A stretch of DNA of 64,000 nt from Setoptus koraiensis (lineage: Eukaryota; Animalia; Arthropoda). Below, piece by piece: positions 13,701 through 27,112 of the stretch. A program made the translations under genes and the position numbers. The first letter of the stretch is position 1. Every line of letters begins with the position of its first letter. The notes below the pieces were generated by a model. That model was not told the origin of the DNA and searched no databases. It was given only the letters and a program-made list of their open reading frames with translations. The DNA lies in assembly GCA_048013815.1 (NCBI GenBank), contig CM106586.1, positions 14,260,001 through 14,324,000 of the forward strand, written 5' to 3'.

Positions 13701-16700
13701 ACGGCCTCGCGAGTCGCGACGGCATTGTGTACAGCGGCAGACACGACGAAATGTTACGAAGCCATGTTGACGATCATCTCAAATCGTTGCACGCCCAACA
13801 GAGCCGGGGGAGAACGCTTGAATAGCTGCCACCTGACACACTCTCTCTTTGCTCTCTCTCTCTCTCTCTCTCTCTCTTTGCTCTGTCTCGACGAGACTGG
13901 CTGGCAAACTTTTGGCAAGTGAGACGGCTAGCCAAAACTATGACGACCAGCCAGCGGTTGTTGTTGTTACGGTGCCGCCAGGGGCATTTTCTCTCGCCAG
14001 ACAGTCGGCGAGTCGGCGAGCTTCGCATCGACAGGCCGCCACTAAATGGCGCAGCGAGTCGACTTTATCTGGCTAGCTCGCTTCGTGGCATATCTGGCAT
14101 ATCTGGCGCGGCTCGTCTCAGCGGCTTCACACAGGCCGTCACACTTGTTTGTGTGTCATGCAGCCGGACACCGAGCGAAATTGGAATGGCAATGGCAATA
14201 TCAGCGCAATGAGAAACGCAATGAGCCAGCCAGTGTGACATATTATGTATTATTGCGTCATTGCATCTATGCGCTGTCGATGTATGACGCAATAATACCA
14301 TGAATAGCAAGCCGCCAGTTAGCCTGGCCTGGCCACTTTGACAGCGGCGATTATGTAGGCGGAAGTGGGGCCCGTTTGTCTTGGCTTAAGCGGGCCCAGT
14401 TTGCAACTGCGCCGCTAGTGGCAGCGCGCAGTGCAACCCAAGCGCTAACGAACACCGACCAACACAGTGTGCCATGCAACATATACCGAGGTAGCTCATT
14501 GTTGCCAGGTTTGATAGCTGCCGACGAGGCCGCCGACGTGATCACGACATCAAGCCATCAGCTGATCAGCTGATTACCTGACGCTGTGAGGCTGTGAGGC
14601 TGCCGCTTGTGAGTGGCGACTAATGGAGAGAATAGTTGCAAGTTGCATAATAATAATATTAGTAAAAATAATAAAGAACCCTGCTACTGCCGGTGCTGTT
14701 GTTGCTGCTGTTGTCGTTGTTGTTGTTGTTGCTGTTGTTGCTACAGTAACAGCAATTACACGTAATGCTATTATGGTGCTGCTGTTTTTATCGGCGTCGG
14801 CGAGCTGTTGTTCGAGATAGATTGATGGCCGCGTTGTTATCGAAAAGAACAAAACTGGCAGCGCAGTGTCTCCCCTCGACTCTTACACATCCGACGACAT
14901 GCACCCGAAAACCGCCGCCAGATAACATCCTTTCACCGAGCGGCTCGGTGCGGCTCGGCGCGGCTCGGTGCGGCTCAACCCGGCTGGCCAGAACCGCTGT
15001 GCAAGCCCGCTGCGCATTGTTACGCAATATCTTGTTAGTCAATGTTTTGTCAATCGACAGTAACATGTTCCCAGTGACTCTCATCACGCTGCTCATCATG
15101 ATCGTCATGATCGTCATGATCACCATGAGCTACATTCTAACAGATTGCTGTTCGGCTGCTAACTACTGCTTGGGCTCGCAACCACCGACGGCCCGACGAC
15201 TTGTCCGCCGCCGCCGCCGATACCCATCATTTGGTAACCAGATTGAGATTTTGCGACGACGATGACGACGACGACAAAGCAAAGCAACGTCCAACAACGT
15301 GAAGCTAATATTAAGCTCGACATTAAGATGTGTGTGTATATGAAATAATAAGTATGCTGCGGAAGTAGTAGTGGCGCGATCTAAACAAACTCATAAATAT
15401 TCACAAGTTAGATGAGCAGAGAAAGTCCAATGTTGATGTTGGCAGTTCTCGCTCTCTTGCCTGATTCTATCTCGTGTCTTCTTCCACGGCAATGAGCCAG
15501 CATCTACTCATTTGGATCCATCTCTCCCTCTCACACTGACGGCGAGTTCGAATTATATTTCACAGGCCTGTTTCGCTTGCTGGCTCAGCGACTCAGCCAT
15601 GTGTCTCGCGCAAATAATGATAATAATGGTGATAATAATAATACTAATATTAATAATAATAATAGTGATAGTAATAATAATGGTAATAGTAATGATAATG
15701 ATAATTGTATGCCGGCATAAGCGCACGCTCTGGCTCGACGCGCATTGGCAGCCCCAGTGGTGTTAATAGTTGTTCAGTCGTTGTTGTTGTTGTTGTTGCT
15801 GTCGTTGTTGCTGTTGTTGTTGTTGCTGTCGTTGTTGCTGTTGTTGCTGCTGCGATGCTCAAGCCAATAAATGGATCATCACGGCGCAAGCACGACGCTA
15901 GGACGCAGCAATTATTCAGATTCATCAAGATGAAGGCATCAATAAATTAAAGGATATTAATCAATTTAGTACATTCGGCTCATATTACACATGCACTCAA
16001 ACTCCGTTGTTTGCCCTCTTGTGACGCCATTTTTTCATCGTCTTCCTTTCGATTTAGTGTCGCCAATGTCGCTGTTGCTGTTGTGTATCACTCATACAGT
16101 CGTATCATTTGTCACAGTGCACCCATATTCAGCCGCCAGAGTGCTAGCCAAAAACTAACATTCGCGCGCTTACTGGCAAGACCTCTCACAATTCGCCCTG
16201 GCATGAGAAGAAGCCCCGCTTCTTTTCGGTGACAATTGGCATGCAAAATAGACGACACAGTCGAGATTAAATTATTACTTCAATCCACTTATTATTACCA
16301 CTGTCATCTGGCAACAACTTATTGCCGACACAAACAATCGCAATATCAAGCCAGCGATATTGCAACAGCCTCTACTAGGTCAACAATACACATGTTGTTT
16401 GTCGCACCACTTCGCCTTTCGATCTAGCCCCATCCATATATATATCCATAATATCCACATATATCCATAACATGCGATCCATGATATGCGATCCATATTT
16501 CCATTTGCAACTCCCCCCAGTTTGTCGCTTCCCCAGCTCCCACCGTATTTGCCAGTTCTCCCTCGCCCTCCCCGACTCTCCCCAAAGCTATCAAACATTA
16601 TCAGTGCTTGTTTACTGTAGCACACATAGCACAGTCACTCACCTGTGCTCGCCGTGTCTCAATCCCGAATACCTGGCGAATCAGTAGCCAACGAATGAAT

Positions 16701-19330
16701 GAATACAAATGCAAATTGATCTAAATAGAGCCACTGCCAGTGTTGGTTGGCAAAATTATGAGCCTCGGACAAATGTGAATGCTCGGCCCAGCCCGGCCCG
16801 GCCCGGCCAATAGTGTGTATGGCAGAACAAACAACTGCTAACCGGGTTACATTGATGCCAGATATTGTGTGTCTGGTTTCTACTGCTGGTATAATAGTAA
16901 TAATAATATTATTATACCAGACATCAATGGCTAGCGACTGGTGATTGGCGACTAGCGACTGGCCAGGGGCAGCAGCCTGGCGAGAGAAAGCAGTATATAT
17001 GCAATCAATACGAATAGGCAAGTTACGTAATACAATACCGGCAATAAGCAATGAGTGCCAAGTACAATAAGTGCCGCCAGTGTTGCCAAATAAAGCGAGA
17101 GATTGTGAGCGAGCCAGTGTTGTGTGTCACCCGATATATAACAGTGCATGTTTGGATAGATTCGGGGCCCAATCAAGCAGATAACCCAGTTAGCCAGGGC
17201 GGCGCTGTTTGGGCCTTGTCCGGGGCCCGACAAGGCCCAAACAGCGCCCCTCCCGGCCCGCGTTACAATCAACTTAATATAATAGAACTTATTTTCGTCG
17301 CTGCTTTTCCTTATTTGCGCAAATAATCTCGCGTTGCATGCTCTCTGGCTGGCTGGCTGGCTCACTTCTCACGGCTCACAACTTGTTTGATTGCGATGGG
17401 TTGGGCGCCGCCAAGCGGGCGCTCCAATTCACCCATCACACTCATTTAAACAGTTGCCTCCCTTCGTCGATCTGCTGTCATCAGACAATATCTACGCTGA
17501 GGTACGCCAATGGAGTTGTCAGACACAGAGTAGTATAAATTCAAAACAGCAAGCATCTACCTCTTTCTCATCTCATGACGATAAGCCCCTCAAACTAAAT
17601 TGACTATGTAACCGTGCCATACTCTTGGCATGGCCAACTCCCAATTTGTTTGTTCGAACCACTCGCAACCATCACACAACAGCAACAACAATCCGTGTTT
17701 GCCCGATATCTGCCCGGTAACGGTAGTTTCATTGAGCGTTTGTGCAGTTGGTTCAGTTTGATGACGTAATAAATACGAATAAGCGAACAGACAGACAGAC
17801 AGCCGGCGACGGGATAAAATTGAAATTAGAATAAAATGAAATATCGACAGATCGACAACAGCAACAGCAACAACAACGACAACAACAACAACAACAACAA
17901 CAACAGCAACAACATTTCGCTGCCGTAGTTTATTGAGCGAATGAGGCTCAGTGCGTGGCCTCGAAGCAAACTGGCTTCTATCGACTGTAACAGTTATGTG
18001 AAAAGAATGCACAAACAGTGAGCCACGATTTTTGTTTTTGTTGTTGCTGTTGTCGTTGGCGTTTTCGTCGCGGCGCTCATAGCGGCTCCTTCAACCCATT
18101 TTCGTGGAAAATTTCCACTTGAATCCGTTATTGGGCGCATCCTGTGACTTGAGACGCCAATAATTCCCCAATAATAAAAGAGTGCTCTGTCCTTCGATCG
18201 GTCGCACTAAAGCTACAGTGACAAGTCCAGCCAGCGACAAGAAATTTACGAGCCTAGCCAAGGAAAAAATTGAGCCATGAACGCAATCGACTGGGGCTCG
18301 ATGAGCACTCGATATTCGATGGATATTGCTTCGCGCGTCTCGTTGTTTTGTTTGTGTAACTATAGTTGGCGACGGGCCCGCTTTGGGCCCGCTCAAGTGA
18401 TTGCGCAACCGTAAGTAAAGGCTCACTCACACAGTGTACAGCCGAAGCTCACAAAAAAGTCAATGGCACTGGGGCGAGCATGCTCGCCTAACAGCAATTG
18501 GCGCGCCAATGGGTTATTTGATTGGCGAGCTCACATGAGCCGGATGAGCGATTCAAATGGTGAGTTTGTTCTTTTCAATTTTTTATCATCAACCAATCTA
18601 GTGGGTGCCTGCTCACACACTGGGCCCCACAATGGCCCCCATGCATCATGACGCGTGCCCTGCGAGCGGCCGAGAAGCGTGTAACATTGGCCCGGCGCCC
18701 GTGCGTCCGTTTGGTAACTGTTTGCACATGTGGATATGTGAGGATGTGATGGAGCATAGACACGCTAATGGTGGCCATTCAATGGACTGCGGCTAGCGGC
18801 GAGACGAAACCCAAAATATATATTTTCTCTTCAGATTTGGGGTTTTTTAAGACACGACCAAGTTTACAATTTTAGGGGCTGCTGGCGCGGCCGCTGTTGT
18901 TGCTGTTTGCGAGGGGGCATCGGACACGACGAAACATAGACAGAGGGCCACTTTGACATGACTGATGATAATGGTTAATGGTGCACAATGTTGCGCACCA
19001 GTGTGCGAAAACTGCTGGCAGCAGCAACAACAACAACAACAATAATGGATTAAATATGCTCGCTCTCGCCTCGCGCTTTGTTATATGAGAATGTTATCAT
19101 TATTGCCATTAAGTAATCCCATTTCGACACCTCTCAAAACCAAGAGAGGCCCCCGGCCGTACAAATACATAAGGTAATAAATGGTAACAATAACAAAGCA
19201 AAGCCAGCAACCAGCTACAACAATAACAACAACAACAACAACAGCAAAACGTAAACCAAACAAACAAACAATTTGACAGCCAACCAACTTATTCTCGTGT
19301 CAGTTGTCTCTAGTGCGCATGCGCCGCCAA

Positions 19331-19416
19331 TCAGCTGTTCCAGATCAGATGATCCACACACGCAAACAGCTGATCGCCGCGTCAGCTGACGCTTGTGAGC
19401 TGTGACGATCAGCTGA
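19331..19416. promoter_or_regulatory. Homotypic E-box cluster (4x CAGCTG + 1x CAGATG)
   Basis: CAGCTG at 19332, 19367, 19383 and 19410. Function is inferred. Confidence 0.45.
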
Positions 19417-22400
19417 CGATCGAGTGGACGACGTCAGTGAAAGTGGTGGCAACGTTGCGCAACATCCATCCAGTCACTGGTTGCCACAAGCCAGTGTGTG
19501 GTTGTTGTTGCTGTTGTTGCTGTTGGGGCCCCGCCAGCCAGCCAGCCAGCCAAAGTCATGGGGGATAAATGGCCGCGAAGCGTGCTGTGCGCGTGTAATT
19601 GGCGCTGTAATCGAGTCGTTTCAGTGCTTGTTTCAGTGTCCGCCAGTCGCACGCTTGCTAAAAAGCGGCCAGCGGGGCCCCAAACGAAGCGAACGAGCCC
19701 CAAAATGCAAAGGTTGTGCGAGGTGCATGATTGAAGGGCCAAGACTTGAGCCATTAATCGGTTGTTGTTGAGAAAACGACGAGCAAACGTGCACGCGAAA
19801 CTCAATGATTTATCTATTGACCCATTTAGACGGCTGTCCCCTTATCGGCGCCATCATTTATCCCGTGGCAATATTTCTATGATCGTCGGCTGGCCAATCA
19901 TAATCATTTTCTCGTCGACCATGACTCAATTGGCCGGCCAACCGCCACTGGTTAAGTTATACACACGGCCACCATGCACAACGGTCACAACGGCGCCATA
20001 TAGCGGCCAAATATAATCGCTTAATCACAATGAGAACGCTTCTCGTTGGGCCCCACACACGCACAATTACTAAATACTGTGTCAGATCAGGAAATGTCGC
20101 TGGTGACACTGGCAACATTGGTGACTGTCAAATGCTCACTAAAGCGTTTATTTGACACGGGCCGCTCTTGAGTTTTATTATAGTTTATAAACTTTTCTTG
20201 TTTTGGTTTTGTCCGATTCAGGTTGTCAGCACGAACGGGTGGCCAGCGGTGGCCACGGGCAGAGGGCAGCTTTATAAAAGTATTTATATTTATAATCAGC
20301 CAACAATCTATTGCTCGCAGTGGACACACATACGCGCCCAAGCAAGCCAATATAGCTTAGCTCGGTATATATGACCGCCATATATAATAATGTATGGGCC
20401 GAACAGGGGGGCCTAACTGGCGCACTGCCAGTTAGGCTGCGCGAGTTTAGTTGTGGGGCGCCTGGGGGCACCCGCGGTGAGGATCGCCCACTACAGGTTC
20501 GTTTCGGTGTCCTCTGCAACTTTAATTTTGGTTGCTTGTCAATAATAAAATGAATGCCGTGCCTTTATATCTGGCCAGGCCAGATATAAACGCTGTTGTG
20601 TGTACAAACGATTGTCAGTTGGATCTGCGCCAGTTTGAAGTTGCGCTCCATTAATATTACAGCGGTGTGTGTGTGTGTGTGTCAAACAGTATCGAGCCCC
20701 ATTGGCGATAATATATAATTGCAAATGCCCTATATACTATCGCTATACTATCGCTGTGTACAGCACTAGTGATTGGTCGAGGTATATCTCCCATGCCAGC
20801 TCCCTGCTCTCAGCACCCGGGAGACTCTACCTCCCGCCCGCTTGTGCTTGTTTTCTAAATGGCAACGCTCTCCCCACTTTCCCCTCCTCCATTTGCATGA
20901 TGGGACCTCCCGGAGAGGTCCTCTCGGTTGCGCTGCTCCACTTGAGATAGCAGCGCCAATGGTTGTTGTTGTTGTTGCTTTCGTGTCAATCGGACCACTT
21001 CCACTGGCTCGCGCTCCACTGGCGTAATATATGGACAGTTCGTTGGAACTGGCGAGGCCAACAGCCTAACCAAATGGCCGGCGCAACAACGAATGTGCAT
21101 TAAACTAGTTTCACGCTATATTGAGTAACGGCGTCGGGCCGCCCCCCCGAGAGCGCCCTCACAACGCAACTCTCTGTGGGCTATATATAAATTGGGGTGT
21201 GATATAAATTGAAAACAGTTTGTACAGTGTATGCAAAAATAAAAAAGATGGATCTCCTCCGCACTGCACACTGCCCTATGGTGATATGCAGCTCCACACT
21301 GTGATATTTAGCATCCAGATAGACTGTACCTGGGTATATGATGAGTTACGTAAGTACAATGTCAGCTGTTGGCTTGGCGAGCTTGTGAGCTTTTGAGAGG
21401 CAAACGAGACAGGTGCATGAAATGATAATGAGATGGGCTCAAAAACGACGACCACGACCACGACGACGAGCATAGGTGAGAAGTAAATAAGATATCATGC
21501 CATCATGCTTAGTGGCAGTCAATCAGTCAAATTGATTGCATTTTCAAATATGCGCTGCGTTAAATTGCTGCCCGCTCGGTGCACTAATAGTGCGCCGCGC
21601 TGTGCCTGGTGGCGGGTAATTTTTGCGCACTAATTTGTGCAATTGACACATTGAGTTTAAATTAAAAGTTATGTGCGCGATCGCAACTGCCACTTCATCA
21701 GTTGCATAAATCACGCCAGCCAGCCTGCCAGTTTTGCTGGCAAGCTGGCTGACTGGCTGACTGGCTGGCAAGCTAGCCAAACAACAGCAGCAGCAAGCTA
21801 GCCGAGCAACAGCAAGCTTGCCGCCGAGTGGGCTTTGCAGGACGATGATGCGAATGTGATTGCTTATTTAGCTCATGATCAGTGCAACTGATTGTTGTGT
21901 GACAGGGCATGACAACAATTAAAATTACTTCTAGCGAGATAGCTCGACAAGATGGCTTGATGTTTTGACGCTTTGATGGCTCCATTTCTTCGTGCCACAA
22001 AGCCAGCCAGTCAGATAATAGATTGGAGAGAGAGCAAAAACATTTACAGCGACACCAATTGATGGCTAACAACAAGTCGACGGTTATCATGCTCGGCGTC
22101 AGAGTCGGCGGCAGCATGATGATCATTGGCGAATCGTCATCGATTCAAATGTTATTGTTGTCGCTGTCAAATAAATGAAACGGCCTTTGTCGAGACGCGA
22201 GCCCCTCTCGTCTTATCTGCAGCCCAGCAGCGGCGGCCTAATCTATTTCTGACTGACCGGTTGGCTATGTGTCATTCACACTCTGCGCACGCTGTCAATC
22301 ACTTGGCCCCATCTTCAGTTCAGTGAACAGTTTGGACGCACACACACGCACAATGTCAGATAGTCGACTCAATATCGGATAAATAGTGGCGGTGATGCGA

Positions 22401-25400
22401 TAGCCGGGACAGCGAGCACGAATGCCCAAAAATGATGCAAAGTCGCTCAGTTTTGGCTGGCTGTGATTTCTATTTGGTTTATATTTGTTGCTGTCAGTGC
22501 GCTGTGATTTGTGTTAACAGTGCCTGATCGCTGGCGACTCGCCATCAGCTCGCTCGATGGCCAACTCGACTCGATCAGTGCACACTGCTGATATATAAAT
22601 ATAAACTGGCTCGTATGATTTCATGTGATTGCGCATCCCGACAGCCAGGCAGCCATTGTGACGTGATGCGATGCGATGCGATGATATTATGATATCAATC
22701 AAGTTGTGCGAGGCAAGCGAGCGCTGCTCGTGACTGCGAATCATGCGAATCGCCAAATGAAACGAACGAACGAAGAAATTATCATCATTATTACGATCGG
22801 GCCAACGTTACTTGTGCGAGCTTCTTTTGCCAGCTTTTCTTCCAGCTTCCAGCCAACTGTGCACGCATTCGAAGCTGCCTGACAAAAGGCCGATCTTAGC
22901 TGGCGAACAAAGAGAGCGAGCGAGTGAGATATTATATGCATGCCGCAGCCGTAGGAGCCCCCGGGATCATTCGTCACAATTCATTCGTATATGTGTAACA
23001 AAATAATACATTTATTATCATCATGCGCTTGTGCACAGTTCACGCTCAATGTTTTTGGCAAATCTTCTTTTCATTTTATTTTACTTCATCGCGGATCTAT
23101 TCCGTCAGTTCTCACTCTTGTCGCTTGCTAGCCCTCGCTCGCCTGTCTCTATCTTTAGTCAGCCAGCCTTTAAGACTGCGTCAGGCCAGAGTCGCAAATG
23201 ATGATGTTTGCCGGGCTGCGCAACCATGAGAACACACAAAGAAGGTAACACACACAAACACGGCGCCAAATGTGCCTCCAAGAGCCGTTCCTTGGCGAGA
23301 TCTAGTCCATTGCGATGCGATTGATGGCCCTCTCTCACTTTCCCTAATGGTGTAAGTACCTTAATCGTTTATCCAATTTAATCTTGTGACTAACTGTGAT
23401 TGATACACACACACACACACACACACACACAGTTAGTCACAAGATCGCAACAACAATTGTGACAGTCGCACATTTAATACTCTAAATGCATCATAGACAC
23501 AGCTACTCGACGGCAAGCTAGCTCGCCAGCGCGCTTGTTGCAGTGGCGGGCTTGCAATTAAGACGCTGCTGCAACTGATAACCGCGACAAGCGACAAGCG
23601 CCTGCAACCAACCGACAAGCGACGACAACAAGCCAACAAAGGCACACACACACACACTTATCCGCACAGGTAGCCAGTAGCTTGCCAATATCCCCGATAT
23701 TGTGCATGCTGGCGTCGTTGCGAGGCCGCCAGTGTGCGCGCCGGGGGCCCCATGCGAGACCTTGCTCGCGCCAACGACGTCGTATCGGCGACAGCGTTCG
23801 ACAGGCGCCAACAAGGACAGCGACAATTCGACTTTAAGTGACTGCATGCCTGTCTATTGGTCGGATAACCTTATCCGCTGCGCCGCGACGCGCCGCGCAA
23901 ATTGCGCAACTGTTATTTATTTTTATTGTCACTCACTTACAGTTGGCACCGAGCTCTTGTTTATAATATTGTTTGCCATTGATTACAACTGTAAAACTGT
24001 AAATGCCTGGCATGCCTCTGCCGTTATGCGGAGCCTCTGCCGTTACGCGCAGCCTGAGCCGTTGCGTGGAGCCTCCGCCGCTGCGAGGAGCCTCTGGCGA
24101 GCCGTTATGTCAGCGCCACCACACAAACAACTGAGCTATTATTATTTATTATTGCTATTTGCAACAGATTGCGTGTGACTCTCTCTCTCTCTCTCTGCCA
24201 GCTACAACTGTAACTGCTGGCTGTGACTAGGCTGATAACGCGCCAAGATAATTACATGTCGCAACTGTTGTGCATTTTAACACAACTGGCAGCGGTGTAA
24301 GACATGTGTCTCAAACAGCAGCGCCTGTCGGTGCGCTTGCATGTTAATTAACCATCACTAATTGGAGCGTCCATTAAATTAAACTGGCGATTAGCCATAA
24401 TCCAGAGGCGTAGGCAATTTTGCCCGGCCCGCGCGTTATTTGTGGCGCGGGCATGTGCTGCATTGTTGCGCGCCGGGCCGGCCCGATGCATCGTGGCTCC
24501 AATCATTGGAGTCAAATGTATCCAATGTTCAGCGCATAAACGGACACGGATTGAACGGATGAGCGTCAAATCAATCAATGGCCAGCCATTCAGCAAAGTC
24601 AATCAGATTTGGCCTCCAACGGCGCGCAAACAAACAAACAATAATCATCGTCATCAACTGTTGTGCGCTTAGGCCACTTTGTACACTTTGTAATGGTTGC
24701 ACATGTGTAATAACAAAACATATAATATATATTGCGCAATATAACAAACAATATATATAATATAATATAATGCGAATGTGTTTTTGGACATCATTAATAG
24801 TGGACTTTGGTGCACTTGTTTGTGCGACAATAATCCGCACATTGTGATGCAACTCGCCAAGTGCATCACAATGTCGCCGCCGTAATTGTTGTCGGGGCTG
24901 CCATTGTGCATAACATGTATATATGTAATAATATTATATAATATAATATAATATATAATGCACTATATAATACATTATATAATATAATATAACATAACAT
25001 ATAATACAATATATAATATAATGAACAGTGCAATGTATGCACTGGGAGCGTGCATTTGTGTACAAAAGTGCATGAGTGTAATGAGGTGCCCGTTGCGTAA
25101 CCATGTGACTTGAGGTTTGATGAGCCAATTAAGTTGCCAGCCCGATGGCTGCAAGAAGCGCAAAGCCATCAGCGATGGATGTTGCGCGATTTGCAAACAA
25201 GCAGCAACACAAATAGACAAACAGACAACGATACACTACATTACTCGCTTGACAGAGTTCGCCTAAGCCAGTCGTCGTTGTTGCATCCGTTGCTCTGTTG
25301 CAACGCCAGCAACAGCGACGCCAACAGCGACGCCAACAACGACAACAACAACGACAACAACAACGACAACAACAGCGACAACAGCAACAACAACGACAAC

Positions 25401-26811
25401 AACAACAGCGACGGCAAGCGCCGACGACGACGGGCGAATAAGTGTCATTGGGTCGCTCGGCGATCATCGCGGCCCCATCATCGACACAAACAACGGTCAT
25501 AATCTTCATAATTTAGTATGGCCCATGTCGCTTGGCCCTATGCGACACGGGCGCGCATAGAGGCGATGGCGTTCATTACTGCGCGCTCATTACGTAATTC
25601 GTGTTTTAAATTTAAATTGCACTGCAACCACTTGGCACTGATAGCGGGGGCCAAAGTTGGCGCCACTACGCGATAAATGGCCGCGACATGTATGAACGGG
25701 GGGCATAAATCATACGGCCACATGATTAGCGATTTAATGCAAACTCGAATGAGAGTTATTCAGGCGGGGCCGCCGAATGAGCGCCCACTTTCTGGCCGCC
25801 GGGCCGGAATAAAGCGCGCCAGTTACAGCGGAGTGCCAGTTGCAACAGAGCGCCCGTCATGCCGCGACAGAATGGCCGAGCGGGCGCGGGTGCAAAAAGC
25901 TGGGCGCAAACAAGTGGACAGAGACAAAGAGCAGCCAGACAAGAACAGGGACTCGTGCGACAACAGCGCCGACAGCAGCGGCAACAACGGCAACAACACG
26001 GGCTTTCGTGTTTTTGTCGGATATTGTTGTCGATTATTAGTCGTCGCAGCCGTGGTTGCGCCGGTGGCGCCATCGCGGGCACTTGTGCACGTTGCTGCAC
26101 GAGCACGGATATACGGACGGCGGACGGCGGCCGGGTCGTGTGCCCGCTCAACGTGAGCCGGGCATTTGCAGCCAAGAGCGGTAAATAAGCCGCTGGCTCT
26201 AATGCTGTTATCGGGGCCCCTTCCTGCCATCTTGGCCCAACACACACACACGGGCACAATATTGGCTGGTGGCGGCAACGATGCTAGCAGCGGTTGTGTC
26301 ACACGATACAGACACTTAGGGGGAGCCCCAAAAATGGCACAAAGCAATAGCGAGCAAGATTCAAAATAAACTAACGGATCGGGCATAATTGTGCTGATGG
26401 CGCGCAATTTGTTGCCTGTCATCAGCGCCTTTCTTCTCTCTCTCTCGCTGCCAACTTATAAGCATTGTGGCCCCTCTTTGGGCCCGCTCGGTTGTTGTTA
26501 CGTCGTGGCTACGTCGGTGTGCGTTACGTAAGCCAGCGTGCTGGTGGCCGGCCTCCGCTTGCACCTACCAGGAACTGGCCTATATACCGAGGGTGCATAT
26601 AGTATATAATATACAGTATACAGTATATAATATATGATATATAATATATGTTGTACGTCATACAGTGTGCATTGTGCAGCCAATGTGTGCCAGACTGATC
26701 GACACAAACAGCACAAGTCCGGCAAGGTGCTTTTTGTTTGCACGCCGTGCACCCGCCAAGAAACCGTTATGTTACGTAACACTGTACCAATCTAAATGGT
26801 CTGCTCCTCCA

Positions 26812-26950
26812 TGATGGCCCCTAATGCTCCATAATGCCCCATAATGCCTCACAATGCCTCACAATGCCCCACAATGCCCCAAACTGCCCCTCAGTGGCCC
26901 ACACTGCCCCTCAGTGGCCCACACTGGCCCATACTGGCCCATAGTAGCCC
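26812..26950 (+). repeat. Degenerate 9-10 bp C-tract repeat (AATGCCCCA / ACTGCCCC / TGGCCC)
   Basis: More than 10 regularly spaced CCC/CCCC tracts. Confidence 0.85.
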
Positions 26951-27040
26951 GTAATGCTCCTCACAAGTGCTCCAGCAAGCCCCATAATGGGCACGCTGAA
27001 GCGTGTGGGCGCTGCGAAATTGGCCCCCGCTACCGATGTG

Positions 27041-27112
27041 TCCATTTATTGGTGGCGTCTATCTATTTGTGGCGTCTATCTATTTGTGGCCTCTATCTAT
27101 TTGTGGCGTCTT
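27041..27112 (+). repeat. 17-bp tandem repeat CTATTTGTGGCGTCTAT x4
   Basis: Read directly. Confidence 0.9.
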
